Positions 29,346 through 29,371 of a stretch of 29,371 nt of DNA are shown in pieces. This stretch comes from a virus. The position numbers and the translations under genes are program-made. The stretch lies in IMG/VR virus record IMGVR_UViG_3300026522_000016; one strand, written 5' to 3'. How positions within the stretch are numbered: the first letter of the stretch is position 1; each line of letters opens with the position of its first letter. Below the pieces are notes generated by a model. The model saw only the letters and a list, made by a program, of their open reading frames with translations. It did no database searches and was not told the DNA's origin.

Positions 29346-29371
29346 ATGCGTTCTGTGGTAATATCTTACAT

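Larger units (their letters stand above)
29245..29371. repeat. Exact 127-bp terminal direct repeat, copy 2
   Basis: Identical to 1-127. Confidence 0.95.

Noticed and set aside
1-29371. The terminal repeats as IS/transposon ends or LTRs
   Set aside because: The repeats are direct rather than inverted, there is no transposase, and the content (tRNA 3' end next to a tyrosine integrase) fits an att site or circular closure instead.

Overview
The window reads as one complete, circularly closed genome (unique length about 29,244 bp) of a temperate, siphovirus-like tailed phage from a Firmicutes/Clostridia-type host. Bases 1-127 are identical to 29245-29371, so the window is bounded by an exact 127-bp direct repeat. 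This repeat contains the 3' part of a tRNA-Arg(CCU) plus a terminator, immediately downstream of a tyrosine integrase, which makes it an attP-type site. The + strand carries the lysogeny module: an XRE repressor (27755-28132), the integrase (28157-29230) and one small embedded gene (27263-27439). Everything else is on the - strand as a single tightly packed array with about 14 four-nt start/stop overlaps. Reading in the direction of transcription (27581 down to 206), the array is: small early genes, several Cys-rich; a PcfK-like/PcfJ-like/DUF3102 trio; a lipoprotein; DUF4406; a PC4/YdbC-like protein; an HUH rolling-circle Rep; a RinA/ArpU-like late activator; HNH; a GC-rich cos-like gap; terS (P27)/terL; portal; Mu-F/SPP1-gp7-like head protein; a Zn-ribbon moron; scaffold; HK97-fold capsid; neck genes; major tail protein; G/GT chaperone with an A_AAA_AAC slip site; tape measure; Dit; Tal; receptor-binding fibre; two holins; and an amidase. 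The array ends with an accessory block (206-2822) that is translationally chained to the endolysin: an R-less type I-like methyltransferase (M plus a half-size S), a Cys/His papain-like protein and a beta-sandwich-like protein, closed by a strong terminator next to attP. I saw no rRNA, intact tRNA, CRISPR array, IS element or reverse transcriptase. All functional calls rest on motifs I recognise in the translations and on synteny. No database search was run.
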